From the NCBI GenBank assembly GCA_028281235.1, contig JANQKG010000024.1:64569-128568 (forward strand): a stretch of DNA of 64,000 nt, written 5' to 3'. Shown here piece after piece: positions 9,730 to 19,136 of the stretch (position 1 is the first letter of the stretch; every line of letters begins with the position of its first letter). Source of the stretch: Afifellaceae bacterium. Its GTDB lineage: Bacteria; Pseudomonadota; Alphaproteobacteria; Rhizobiales; Afifellaceae. The position numbers and the translations under genes were made by a program. Under the pieces are notes generated by a model, which was not told the origin of the DNA, did not search any database, and saw only the letters and a list, made by a program, of their open reading frames with translations.

Positions 9730-10128
9730 ATGGTCTTCGCCGGCATCAGCTACCTTGCCGTCTTCGCCGCGGCCGTGGCCGCCTATATCTACGGCTCCAT
9801 CTATTACATGATGCTGGCGGAGCGCTGGCTGGCCGCCACGAGGCTCGACGATCCGCCGAAGCCGGCGCCGGCTCCCTTCATCATCGCCTTTGTGGCGCAA
9901 CTGGTGATCGCCTATTTCCTGGCCGGCCTGATCGGTCATCTCGGCGAGGTCACGCCGACGCGCGGAATCGTCTCAGCCTTCTTCGTGTGGCTGCCCTTCG
10001 TGATGGGGACGATGATCGTGAACCACCGCTTTCAAGGCAATCCGTGGAGCCTCACCTTTATCGACGGCGGCCATTGGCTCGGCGTGCTCGTGATCATGGG
10101 GGTCGTCATCGGCATTATCGGCACGTGA
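9730..10128 (+). CDS. DUF1761-family small membrane protein
   Basis: MVFAGISYLAVFAAAVAAYIYGSIYYMML... with about four predicted TM helices. ATG 9730 lies within ORF 9604..10128. Confidence 0.65.
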   Translation: MVFAGISYLAVFAAAVAAYIYGSIYYMMLAERWLAATRLDDPPKPAPAPFIIAFVAQLVIAYFLAGLIGHLGEVTPTRGIVSAFFVWLPFVMGTMIVNHRFQGNPWSLTFIDGGHWLGVLVIMGVVIGIIGT

Positions 10129-10364
10129 CACCGCTTCATTCCTACGACCCTCGTCTCATAGACGAAGCGCCCGCGCCTTCGCATAATGGGTGTTCGAGCA
10201 TGATCTTCAAAAAGCCTGCCCGGGAGGTCGATCCGGGGCGGACATTCATGCTCAGTCAAAAGGATAGGGCAGAAGGATAGAGCGTTGATGCGGGTCAACG
10301 AAACGCGACAACGCTCCAGCTACGAGGGCCGCGGCCGCATCTGTCGCTCGTGAGGAGAAATTCA

Positions 10365-12323
10365 ATGTCGGAAGCCAAGCGCCATCCCGTCAGCAAGGAA
10401 TGGGCCGACCGGGCAATCATCAACGCGGAGAAATACCGCGCGGTGTATAAAAACAGCGTGGACGATCCAGAGGGGTTTTGGCGCGAAGAGGCAAAGCGGA
10501 TCGACTGGATCAAGCCGTTCACGAAAGTGAAGAATACGAGCTTTTCCTATCCCGAAATCTCCATCAAATGGTTCGAAGACGGCACGCTGAACCTTTCCGC
10601 CAATTGTATCGACCGGCACCTGGCGACACGCGCCGACCAGGTCGCCATCCTGTGGGAGGGCGACGATCCGGCGAACGACAAGACAATCACCTTCCGTGAA
10701 CTGCACGAACAGGTCTGCCGACTCGCCAATGTCATGAAGGCGCGTGGCGTCAAGAAGGGCGACCGCGTCACCATCTATATGCCGATGATCCCGGAGGCCG
10801 CCTATGCGATGCTCGCCTCGGCGCGCATCGGCGCCATCCACTCCGTCGTCTTCGGCGGCTTCTCACCCGACTCGCTCGCCAACCGCATCGAGGATTGCGG
10901 CTCCGATTTCGTCATCACCGCCGATGAAGGCGTGCGCGGCGGGCGGGCGATCCCGCTGAAGGCCAATACGGATAAGGCGATCGAGCGGGCAGAGGCTGAC
11001 GGCGCCTCGGTGCGCCATGTCCTGGTCGTGCGCCGCACCGGCGGCGACGTCGCCATGCGTGAAAACCGCGACCTCTGGTACCACGAGGAGATTGCGAACG
11101 TTTCCGCCGATTGTCCGCCGGAGGAGATGAACGCGGAGGATCCGCTGTTCATCCTTTACACGTCAGGCTCGACCGGCAAGCCGAAGGGCGTGCTGCACAC
11201 GACCGGCGGCTACGGCGTCTATGCCTCGATGACGCATCAATACGTCTTCGATTATCATGACGGCGACATCTACTGGTGCACGGCGGATGTCGGCTGGGTC
11301 ACCGGCCATTCCTATATCGTCTACGGACCGCTCGCCAACGGCGCTACGACGCTGATGTTCGAAGGCGTGCCGAACTATCCGAACAATTCGCGGTTCTGGG
11401 ACGTGGTCGACAAGCACGGCGTCAACATCTTCTACACCGCACCGACGGCGATCCGCGCGCTGATGGGCGCCGGCGACGAGCCGGTGAAGGCGACCTCGCG
11501 CCAGTCGCTCAGGCTGCTCGGCACGGTCGGCGAGCCGATCAACCCGGAAGCCTGGGACTGGTATCACCGCGTGGTCGGCGACGGCCGCTGCCCGATCGTC
11601 GACACGTGGTGGCAGACGGAGACAGGCGGCATCCTGATCACGCCGCTTCCCGGCGCCATCGATTTGAAGCCCGGCTCCGCCACGCTCCCCTTCTTCGGCG
11701 TGCAGCCGGCCCTGGTGGACGCAGACGGCAACATCCTGGACGGGGCGGTGGACGGCAATCTCGTCATCCTCGATTCCTGGCCTGGCCAGATGCGCACCGT
11801 CTATGGCGACCACAAGCGCTTCGCCGATACCTACTTCGCCACCTACAAGGGGATGTATTTCACCGGTGACGGCTGCCGCCGTGACGAGGACGGCTATTAC
11901 TGGATCACGGGCCGGGTCGACGACGTGCTCAACGTCTCCGGTCACCGCATGGGAACCGCGGAGGTGGAGTCAGCTCTCGTGGCGCACCCGAAAGTGTCGG
12001 AGGCCGCCGTCGTCGGCTACCCGCACGATATCAAGGGCCAGGGCATCTATTGCTACGTCACGCTGATGTCGGGCGAGGAACCCGATGACGAACTGAAGAA
12101 GGAGCTGCGCAACTGGGTACGCTCGGAAATCGGGCCAATCGCCTCGCCGGACCTCATCCAGTTCGCGCCGGGCCTGCCGAAGACCCGTTCGGGCAAGATC
12201 ATGCGCCGCATCCTGCGCAAGATCGCGGAGGACGATTTCTCCAATCTCGGCGACACATCCACGCTCGCCGACCCGACGGTTGTCGATCATCTGGTGGACA
12301 ACCGACAAAACAAGCAGGGCTGA
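10365..12323 (+). CDS. acs: Acetyl-CoA synthetase (AMP-forming)
   Basis: About 650 aa with [20 protein letters not shown] and [17 protein letters not shown] motifs. ATG 10365 is preceded by GAGGAG. Confidence 0.95.
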   Translation: MSEAKRHPVSKEWADRAIINAEKYRAVYKNSVDDPEGFWREEAKRIDWIKPFTKVKNTSFSYPEISIKWFEDGTLNLSANCIDRHLATRADQVAILWEGDDPANDKTITFRELHEQVCRLANVMKARGVKKGDRVTIYMPMIPEAAYAMLASARIGAIHSVVFGGFSPDSLANRIEDCGSDFVITADEGVRGGRAIPLKANTDKAIERAEADGASVRHVLVVRRTGGDVAMRENRDLWYHEEIANVSADCPPEEMNAEDPLFILYTSGSTGKPKGVLHTTGGYGVYASMTHQYVFDYHDGDIYWCTADVGWVTGHSYIVYGPLANGATTLMFEGVPNYPNNSRFWDVVDKHGVNIFYTAPTAIRALMGAGDEPVKATSRQSLRLLGTVGEPINPEAWDWYHRVVGDGRCPIVDTWWQTETGGILITPLPGAIDLKPGSATLPFFGVQPALVDADGNILDGAVDGNLVILDSWPGQMRTVYGDHKRFADTYFATYKGMYFTGDGCRRDEDGYYWITGRVDDVLNVSGHRMGTAEVESALVAHPKVSEAAVVGYPHDIKGQGIYCYVTLMSGEEPDDELKKELRNWVRSEIGPIASPDLIQFAPGLPKTRSGKIMRRILRKIAEDDFSNLGDTSTLADPTVVDHLVDNRQNKQG

Positions 12324-12435
12324 CGCGCGCGGCGCCGGGCCAAATTCAGGCCGTCACGGCGTTGCCAACAAGCCTTTAAGCTCTATTATCAAACTCACCG
12401 GTATCCGTGCGGCGGACCATCCGGTGAGTTTTGTG

Positions 12436-12933
12436 ATGTATGCGTCTGTGAACCTTGTGTGCCCGGGTTGCGATGCGGTGAGCCGCGTCGCGTCGGCGCG
12501 CGCGCACGAGGCGACACGGTGCAGCCGGTGCCGTGCTGAATTGCTCCCCGGCGCGTCCGTATCGCTTGACGACCCGATCCGCTTCCAAAAACACATCATC
12601 AGCCATGATGCGCCGGTTCTTGTGTCATTTTGGGCGCCGTGGTGTGGCCCCTGCCGCATTATGGCGGAGGCGTTTGAGGAGGCGGCACGGCGGCTGAAGT
12701 GGGAATTGCGGCTTGCGAAAGTCAATACGGACCGGGCGGGCCAGATCGCGGAGCGCTACCAGGTGCAGGCGATCCCGACCATGATCCTGTTTCACCGCGG
12801 ACGGGAGGTCGGCCGCTTCCAGGGCTCCATCACGGCCGCCGGCATTGCGCGTTTCGCCGAGGACCATCTCGCCGCAGCGCGTGGGACGCCGGTAGCGCCC
12901 CAAGTGCTGCCCATCGCGTCACCTGCGCTTTAG
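12436..12933 (+). CDS. trxC: Thioredoxin 2-type protein (N-terminal Zn finger plus WCGPC thioredoxin domain)
   Basis: CPGC...CSRC zinc-finger pairs followed by VLVSFWAPWCGPCRIMAEAF. ATG 12436 lies within ORF 12280..12933. Confidence 0.85.
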   Translation: MYASVNLVCPGCDAVSRVASARAHEATRCSRCRAELLPGASVSLDDPIRFQKHIISHDAPVLVSFWAPWCGPCRIMAEAFEEAARRLKWELRLAKVNTDRAGQIAERYQVQAIPTMILFHRGREVGRFQGSITAAGIARFAEDHLAAARGTPVAPQVLPIASPAL

Positions 12934-13919
12934 CGGGCGAAGTTCACCGCGTCGGTGTTGCCGCCGCAGATGAGGACGCCGACGCGCTCATCCTTGTCCG
13001 GCTGGTAGCGGCCTGAAAGAAGCGCTGCGAAAGCCGTGGCGCCGCCCGGCTCAGCGGCGATGCGCAGCTTGTCCCAGAGATGCTTTTGCGCGGCGGCAAT
13101 CGCCGCATCGTCGACGAGCACCGATTGCGCCACATGCTTTTGGGCGATGGGGAACATCAGTGCTCCCACCTGCTTGGGTGCCAGCGAATCCGCCGCGATG
13201 CCGCCGGCCGGCGAATCCACGGGCCGGCCCGCTTGCAGCGCCAGATGCAGCGTAGGCGCGGCCTCAGGCTCGACCGCCACGACCCGCACGCGGCTTTCGA
13301 ACCAAGCGGCGACGCCGCCAATCAAACCGCCGCCGCCAACGGCGACGAGCAGCGTGTCGAGGTCCGGCGCCTGCGCCTCAAGCTCCATGCCGAGCGTCCC
13401 TTGACCAAGCAGCGTCTCGCGCTGGTCGTAGGCGTGGACAGGCAGCGCGCCAGTGGCGGCGGAGCGCGCTTCACTGGCGGCCAGCGCCTCGGGGTAAAGG
13501 GCACCGCCGACGACGAGTTCGGCATCGTAGCTCTGGATACGGGCAATCTTGGCGGGCGGCGATACTTCCGGGACAAAGATCGCCGCCTTGGTGCCGAGCT
13601 TTTGCGCTGCGTAAGCGACAGCCGCGCCGTGATTGCCGCCCGATGCGGCGACCACGCCGGCCGGCGGCACGTCACGTGACAGGAGGTTGGCGAACGCCCC
13701 GCGCGGCTTGAAGGAGCCGGCGTGCTGCATCAGTTCCAGCTTCAGAACAAGCGGGCCGGCCGCGACGCCGAGATCGTCACCATGCGCCTCAAGGATAGGC
13801 GTGACGCGCACATGCGGCCGGATCAATTCCGCTGTTCTGGCGATCGCCTCGCGATCGATGGGCGCTGGTTTCTCGCCGTCAGACATGTCCCCCTCGTTTT
13901 GTTGCGTCCCGATTGCCAC
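12930..13919 (-). CDS. PLP-dependent threonine/serine dehydratase family protein
   Basis: LKLELMQHAGSFKPRGAF (PLP lysine) and AASGGNHGAAVAYAA motifs. 329-aa ORF; a shorter start at MSDGEK is possible. Confidence 0.8.
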   Translation of the reverse strand: MAIGTQQNEGDMSDGEKPAPIDREAIARTAELIRPHVRVTPILEAHGDDLGVAAGPLVLKLELMQHAGSFKPRGAFANLLSRDVPPAGVVAASGGNHGAAVAYAAQKLGTKAAIFVPEVSPPAKIARIQSYDAELVVGGALYPEALAASEARSAATGALPVHAYDQRETLLGQGTLGMELEAQAPDLDTLLVAVGGGGLIGGVAAWFESRVRVVAVEPEAAPTLHLALQAGRPVDSPAGGIAADSLAPKQVGALMFPIAQKHVAQSVLVDDAAIAAAQKHLWDKLRIAAEPGGATAFAALLSGRYQPDKDERVGVLICGGNTDAVNFAR

Positions 13920-14169
13920 GATGGGGGGCGTTCGTCGAGCGGCGTGTGCGTGCAGCCCGCGATCAATGCGCCGTTCCGATGGCTACAGATGCAACCCAAA
14001 GAGGTCCGGAAGCGTCGATGCCATCAATGCACTGGCTTGCCCCAGCAACGCCATTTTCGCTTGCGAAATCGTGTTTTGGCCGGCCTGGATACGGCTGTGG
14101 CGCCGGCTATAGTGCCGCGCGAATATGTGAGGCGATTCGGCGCCTAATCTGTTTGTTTGAGGGAATGGA

Positions 14170-14517
14170 ATGACGTTCAAAAGGACAGTTCTTGCCGGCG
14201 TTTGCGCACTGGCCGTCATCGGTATCGCGCCGGTCGATATCGCCAGCGCTTCGACCAACTCGAAGTTCCGCGCCGCCGTGGCCAAGGTGCTCAACAGCGT
14301 TCGGCCGCAGCAGCAGGCGCTGGCCGATATGAGCCGCTCTGAGTTCCGCGCCTTTGTCCGCTGCGCGCAAAGTGTCATGGATTCTGCACCGCCGGGACGG
14401 AAGCGTTACGTGCTTGCGGCGCGCAGCCTGTCAGAGCAGCGCCGACGGTTCGACGAGGTGGCGCTCGATAACCGGGCGGAGCTCAAGCAGCGGGTCACGC
14501 GCGAGTGCTATTACTGA
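14170..14517 (+). CDS. Small secreted hypothetical protein
   Basis: 115 aa with a signal-peptide-like N-terminus, MTFKRTVLAGVCALAVIGIAPVDIASAS. No family recognised. Confidence 0.5.
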   Translation: MTFKRTVLAGVCALAVIGIAPVDIASASTNSKFRAAVAKVLNSVRPQQQALADMSRSEFRAFVRCAQSVMDSAPPGRKRYVLAARSLSEQRRRFDEVALDNRAELKQRVTRECYY

Positions 14518-14562
14518 GCGGTCGCGCGAGGTAACTGGCTCTCTTTCGCCGGCGAAGCCGCA

Positions 14563-14817
14563 TCAAAAATCGCTGGCGATGCCCTTCACCTCCCAATCGC
14601 CGTAGCGGGCGGGCTCCGGCCCGTCGCGGCCTCCGATTTCACGGGCGATCTCGCCGGGGGCCTCTCCCGGACGCACCGCTTCGGCCGCCTTTCGCCGCGC
14701 TTCGGCCTCGGCGCGAGCGCGCGCACCAGCCTCGCGGATGCGGCACTCGATTGCGTCGTCTTTTGCCGCCGCGACGTCCGGATTGCGCCGCCCAGCCTTC
14801 GATTCGCCGCTCTCCAC
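14563..14817 (-). CDS. DUF1674 (SDHAF4-like) protein
   Basis: 84 aa ending EPARYGDWEVKGIASDF, the signature C-terminus of DUF1674/SDHAF4. Confidence 0.8.
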   Translation of the reverse strand: MESGESKAGRRNPDVAAAKDDAIECRIREAGARARAEAEARRKAAEAVRPGEAPGEIAREIGGRDGPEPARYGDWEVKGIASDF

Positions 14818-14915
14818 GATTGAACCTCCCGCTTGTCGCTCCCATCATATAGGGCGCAGCAACAGGCGGGCTACCCAAGGATAACGGGCGGCCCGGCGCG
14901 GAAGACTGAGGTGTT

Positions 14916-15863
14916 TTGATGAACGTCGTGAAGACGGGCATGCTTTTGGCGGTGCTGACGGCGCTCTTCATGGGCGTCGGCTATCTCGTCGGCGGCGGCG
15001 CGGGCGCGTTCATCGCTTTCCTCATCGCCGCCGGCATGAACCTGTTCTCCTATTGGAACGCCGACAAGCTGGTGCTGAGGATGCACCGGGCGCGCGAGGT
15101 GGATGCTGAGAGCGCTCCCGACCTCTATCTCATGGTCAAGGAGCTGGCGGCGCGCGCCGAGCTGCCTATGCCGAAGGTCTACGTGATCGATAACGCGCAG
15201 CCCAATGCCTTCGCGACGGGCCGCAACCCGGAGAACGCCGCCGTGGCGGCGACCACCGGGCTCCTGCAGCAATTGTCGCGCGAGGAAGTCGCCGGCGTCA
15301 TGGCGCACGAATTGGCGCACGTAAAGAACCGCGACACGCTGATTATGACCGTCGCCGCCACTATCGCCGGCGCGATCTCCATGATCGCGAACTTCGCCCT
15401 CTTCTTCGGCGGTAGCCGCAACAATCCGCTGGGCATTGTCGGCGTGATCCTGGCGGCGATCACCGCACCGATTGCAGCCATGCTGATTCAGATGGCGATT
15501 AGCCGCACGCGCGAGTATTCCGCCGACCGCGATGGCGCCGCGATTTGCGGCAACCCGCTGTGGCTTGCCTCCGCGCTCGACAAGATCGCCCGCGTCGCCG
15601 GCCGCACGCCGATCGAAGCGGCAGAGCGCAATCCGGCGACGGCGTCGCTCTTCATCGTCAATCCGCTGACGGGCGAACGGATGGACAATCTCTTCTCCAC
15701 CCACCCGGCCACGGAAAACCGCATTGCCGCGCTCAACGACATGGCGCGCGCCGGTGGTGCAGACTGGCGTGCGGCGCAGCCGGCCGCAGCGGCGGACACG
15801 ACCGGCAGGTCGCCCGGGCCGTGGTCGCGGGCCGGCCGCAAGCGCGGCGGCCCCTGGGGTTGA
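14916..15863 (+). CDS. htpX: Zinc metalloprotease HtpX
   Basis: N-terminal TM helices, [10 protein letters not shown] zincin motif, C-terminal FSTHP. Confidence 0.92.
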   Translation: MMNVVKTGMLLAVLTALFMGVGYLVGGGAGAFIAFLIAAGMNLFSYWNADKLVLRMHRAREVDAESAPDLYLMVKELAARAELPMPKVYVIDNAQPNAFATGRNPENAAVAATTGLLQQLSREEVAGVMAHELAHVKNRDTLIMTVAATIAGAISMIANFALFFGGSRNNPLGIVGVILAAITAPIAAMLIQMAISRTREYSADRDGAAICGNPLWLASALDKIARVAGRTPIEAAERNPATASLFIVNPLTGERMDNLFSTHPATENRIAALNDMARAGGADWRAAQPAAAADTTGRSPGPWSRAGRKRGGPWG

Positions 15864-15880
15864 GCGACACGTCGCGTCAA

Positions 15881-15927
15881 AGCATGATCCCGAAAAGTGG
15901 ATACCGGTTTTCGGATAAGATCATGCT
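15881..15927. repeat. Nested palindromic intergenic element
   Basis: Outer arms AGCATGATC (15881-15889) and GATCATGCT (15919-15927). Inner arms CCGAAAA (15890-15896) and TTTTCGG (15908-15914). Confidence 0.7.
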
Positions 15928-15947
15928 GCGAAGAAGAAACAGAGCCT

Positions 15948-15970
15948 ACATCCCGATTCGAACGGGATGT
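15948..15970. repeat. Perfect 8-bp stem / 7-nt loop hairpin
   Basis: ACATCCCG-ATTCGAA-CGGGATGT, immediately before the frame that encodes the rsmB-like N-terminus. Confidence 0.7.
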
Positions 15971-16164
15971 AAGCTCTGAAGAACCGCGCCGGGCCAATAC
16001 GTCGACGCGCGCGCGAAGCAGACCCGGCGGGGCTTGCGGTTCGTCGCACGGCCACCGCCATCCTCACGCAAATTGTCGATCGAAAATCTCCCCTCGATGC
16101 GCAACTCGATCCGCATAACGGCAACCCGCATCTTGCCAAGCTCGATCCGCGCGACCGCGCACTC

Positions 16165-17334
16165 GTGCGCGCCATTCTCGGCCAGGCCTTGCGCCGCCGC
16201 GGTGAGATCGATGCGGCGCTTGACGAGATGCTCGATCGTCCCTTGCCGCCGGGCTCTACTCTGCTTTCGGCGATCCTCCACGTCGCCGCTGCGCAGATTC
16301 TGTTTCTCGACATCCCCGACCATGCCGCGGTGAACCTTGCCGTGGTGCAGGCCGGCGCCGATAAGCGGACCGGCCGGGCGCGCGGATTGGTGAACGGCGT
16401 GCTCCGCCGAATGGTGCGCGAGCGCGAACGCCTGCTCTCAAGGCGCGACGTTCTGCGGCTCAATACGCCCGCCTGGCTCTACGAGCGCTGGCGCGCGGCC
16501 TATGGCGACGCGGCCGCCGATGCCATCGCGGCGGAACATCTGAAGACCCCGAGCCTCGACATCTCCGTCAAAGCCGAGCCTGCGCTTTGGGCGGAGCGGC
16601 TGGGCGGAGTGGTCCTTTCCACCGGCTCTGTCCGGCTTGCTGAGACGCAGCGCGTCTCCGCGCTCCCCGGATACGAAGAGGGCGAATGGTGGGTGCAGGA
16701 CGCGGCGGCCGCCCTCCCCGCGCGCCTCCTTGGCGACGTGACCGGCAAGCGCGTTGCGGACCTTTGCGCCGCGCCGGGCGGCAAGACCGCCGCGCTGGCG
16801 GCGGCGGGCGCTGACGTCACGGCCGTCGATGTCTCAAAAGGGCGGCTGCAACGCCTCGCTGAAAACCTCGATCGACTCAATCTAAAGGCGCATATAGTAT
16901 GTAGAGACATCCTGAAGTGGCAGCCGGACCGCACGTTCGACGCCGTTCTCCTTGATGCGCCATGCACGGCAACGGGAACCATCCGGCGGCATCCCGACAT
17001 CCCTTGGATAAAGCAGACGGAGGACGTCGCGTCGCTGGCAGCCCTCCAGGCGCAACTCCTCAATCATGCAGCGCGGCTCGTGACGCCGGGGGGTGTCCTG
17101 GTCTTCTCGACATGCTCATTGGAGCCGGAGGAAGGCGAGGCGCAGGTGGCGCCGTTCCTGGCGTGCCATCCGGACTTTGCCGTTGACCCCATAGTAGCCG
17201 GCGAAATTTCAGGGCTTTCAGAGCCGATCAATGCAAGTGGGTGTCTGCGCACCCTGCCGTTTCATCGCTTCGGTAGCACTTCAGAAGCACAAGGTGTGGA
17301 CGGCTTCTTCGCTGCACGGCTTCAACGTCGCTGA
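16165..17334 (+). CDS. rsmB: RsmB/NOP-family rRNA cytosine-C5 methyltransferase
   Basis: C-terminal methyltransferase core: WWVQDAAAALPARLL, DLCAAPGGKT, LLDAPCTATGTIRRHPD, FSTCSLEPEEGE. The ORF-track start is GTG 16165, but NusB-like coding sequence continues upstream in frame (see findings). Confidence 0.85.
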   Translation: MRAILGQALRRRGEIDAALDEMLDRPLPPGSTLLSAILHVAAAQILFLDIPDHAAVNLAVVQAGADKRTGRARGLVNGVLRRMVRERERLLSRRDVLRLNTPAWLYERWRAAYGDAAADAIAAEHLKTPSLDISVKAEPALWAERLGGVVLSTGSVRLAETQRVSALPGYEEGEWWVQDAAAALPARLLGDVTGKRVADLCAAPGGKTAALAAAGADVTAVDVSKGRLQRLAENLDRLNLKAHIVCRDILKWQPDRTFDAVLLDAPCTATGTIRRHPDIPWIKQTEDVASLAALQAQLLNHAARLVTPGGVLVFSTCSLEPEEGEAQVAPFLACHPDFAVDPIVAGEISGLSEPINASGCLRTLPFHRFGSTSEAQGVDGFFAARLQRR

Positions 17335-17384
17335 GGCGGCGGGCGCGCCTTGCCAACGTCTTAAATCGGCTTTACCGCCACGTC

Positions 17385-19061
17385 ATGCGTGCCGTCGCTC
17401 CGGTCGACCACCTCAAGCTTGCCCTCCATCGTGTCGGACGCCTCACCCGGCGCATGCGGCTTGGCGCCGTGTCCGGTCCGATCGGCCGGCTGCGCATGTC
17501 GGGCGGTGGTCGCTCGCAACTTCTCATTGCGCCGCCTGACCTCAGGACCGCTGACCCGACGGTCGCGGCGGAAATCTATTCCGGACGCTTCGCCTTTGCC
17601 GGGCATGTCGTGGAGGTCAGTGGGCGGTCGCCTTTCGATATCGGGCCGCCGTCGGAGGATTGGCTGAGAGAGCTGCATTCGTTCGGCTGGCTGCGGCATC
17701 TGCGCGCCGCAGATACGCCGCTTGCTCGCTCCAACGCGCGGACGCTGGTGGAGGATTGGCTCTTAAGGCACGCTCGCGTGGGCGGCGAAGTCGTCTGGGA
17801 CTCCGACGTGATGGCGCGGCGCGCGCTTTCGCTTCTGGCGCAATCGCCGCTCATCCTGCATGACGCCAGCCACGACCTCTATCGCGACTTCGTGCGCTCG
17901 CTTCTGCGGCATTCCAGCATGCTGCGCTCCGCCACCGGCACCAGCGAACCGGGACTGCCGCGGCTCAATGCGGCGATCGCCGTTGCGCTGACGGGGCTGT
18001 CGCTGTCGCAGCAGGAGCGGCTGGCGCGCTCTGCCCTTGACCGGGTCGATGCAGAGCTGACCAGCCAGATTCTGCCTGATGGCGGCCACATCTCGCGCAA
18101 ACCCACAGCGCTGGTCGACATCCTGATCGACCTTCTGCCGTTGCGGCAGGCGCTGATCTCGCGTGGGCTCGTTCCATCGGAAACGCTGATGAACGCGATG
18201 GACCGGATGATGCCGATGCTGCGCTTCTTCCGTCACAGCGACGGCGCATTCGCTCATTTCAACGGCGCCGCCTCCTCCGCCGGCGGTCTCGTCGCCACGC
18301 TCGTCTCCTATGACGAGACGCTCGGCAAGCCGGCCGCAAGCGCGGCCTATTCCGGCTACGAGCGGGTTGACGCCGATCAGTCCTTGCTCATCGTCGATGC
18401 CGGCGGGCCACCGCCCATCGCGCTCAGCAGCGAGGCGCATGCCGGCACGCTGTCTTTTGAGTTTTCCTGCGGCATGAACCGGATCATCATCAATTGCGGA
18501 GCGCCGGCGGCGCGCCATGAGAACCTGCGTCGCGCCGCGCGCACGACGGCCGCCCATTCCACCGCCACCCTGGCGGAGCAATCCTCCTGCCGCTTCTCAA
18601 GTCCGGCCGCGAATGCGCAGATCGTCTCCGGACCGCGCAGCGTTGCCGCGCATCGGCAATCGCCGGGCGACGGCTCCACGATCCTGCATCTCAGTCATGA
18701 CGGCTATGCCCGCCGCTTCGGCCTCGTGCATGAGCGCAATTTGAGGCTCGGCAATGGCGGTCATCTGCTGGAGGGCATGGACCGTTTCACGGGTCAGCCA
18801 AGCAAGGGTAACCTATCCTTCGTCACCCGCTTCCATCTGCACCATGCCGTTAGCGTGCATGCGACCGATCAGCCGACCGCGCTCGACCTTAGGCTACCCG
18901 GTGACAGCGTCTGGCGCTTTGAGGCGAACTGCCCAGTGGAGCTTGAGGAGAGTGTGCATCTCTCCGATGTCTTCGGCAGCCGCTCGTCCTATCAGTTGGT
19001 GCTGGCCAGCGGGATCGATTCCGACGCGCCTGTGAAGTGGCGGCTGACGCGCCGCTCCTGA
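17385..19061 (+). CDS. Heparinase II/III-family protein
   Basis: 558-aa ORF with LLIAPPDLRTADPTVAAEIYSGRFAFAGH and LHSFGWLRHL blocks as I recall them for this family. It sits in the rsmB-purH position. Exact start uncertain. Confidence 0.6.
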   Translation: MRAVAPVDHLKLALHRVGRLTRRMRLGAVSGPIGRLRMSGGGRSQLLIAPPDLRTADPTVAAEIYSGRFAFAGHVVEVSGRSPFDIGPPSEDWLRELHSFGWLRHLRAADTPLARSNARTLVEDWLLRHARVGGEVVWDSDVMARRALSLLAQSPLILHDASHDLYRDFVRSLLRHSSMLRSATGTSEPGLPRLNAAIAVALTGLSLSQQERLARSALDRVDAELTSQILPDGGHISRKPTALVDILIDLLPLRQALISRGLVPSETLMNAMDRMMPMLRFFRHSDGAFAHFNGAASSAGGLVATLVSYDETLGKPAASAAYSGYERVDADQSLLIVDAGGPPPIALSSEAHAGTLSFEFSCGMNRIIINCGAPAARHENLRRAARTTAAHSTATLAEQSSCRFSSPAANAQIVSGPRSVAAHRQSPGDGSTILHLSHDGYARRFGLVHERNLRLGNGGHLLEGMDRFTGQPSKGNLSFVTRFHLHHAVSVHATDQPTALDLRLPGDSVWRFEANCPVELEESVHLSDVFGSRSSYQLVLASGIDSDAPVKWRLTRRS

Positions 19062-19136
19062 TCCTTTGCGGCGGCGGGACCGCGTGCTAGCGCACACCTA
19101 CGAATCCCAGACGACATCCGCACACATCATCCGAAG

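Noticed and set aside
15897-16118. 73-aa + ORF (and 15545..15979) crossing the palindromic element
   Set aside because: The translation is dictated by the palindromic repeats, and it is out of frame with the conserved rsmB-like N-terminal coding sequence.
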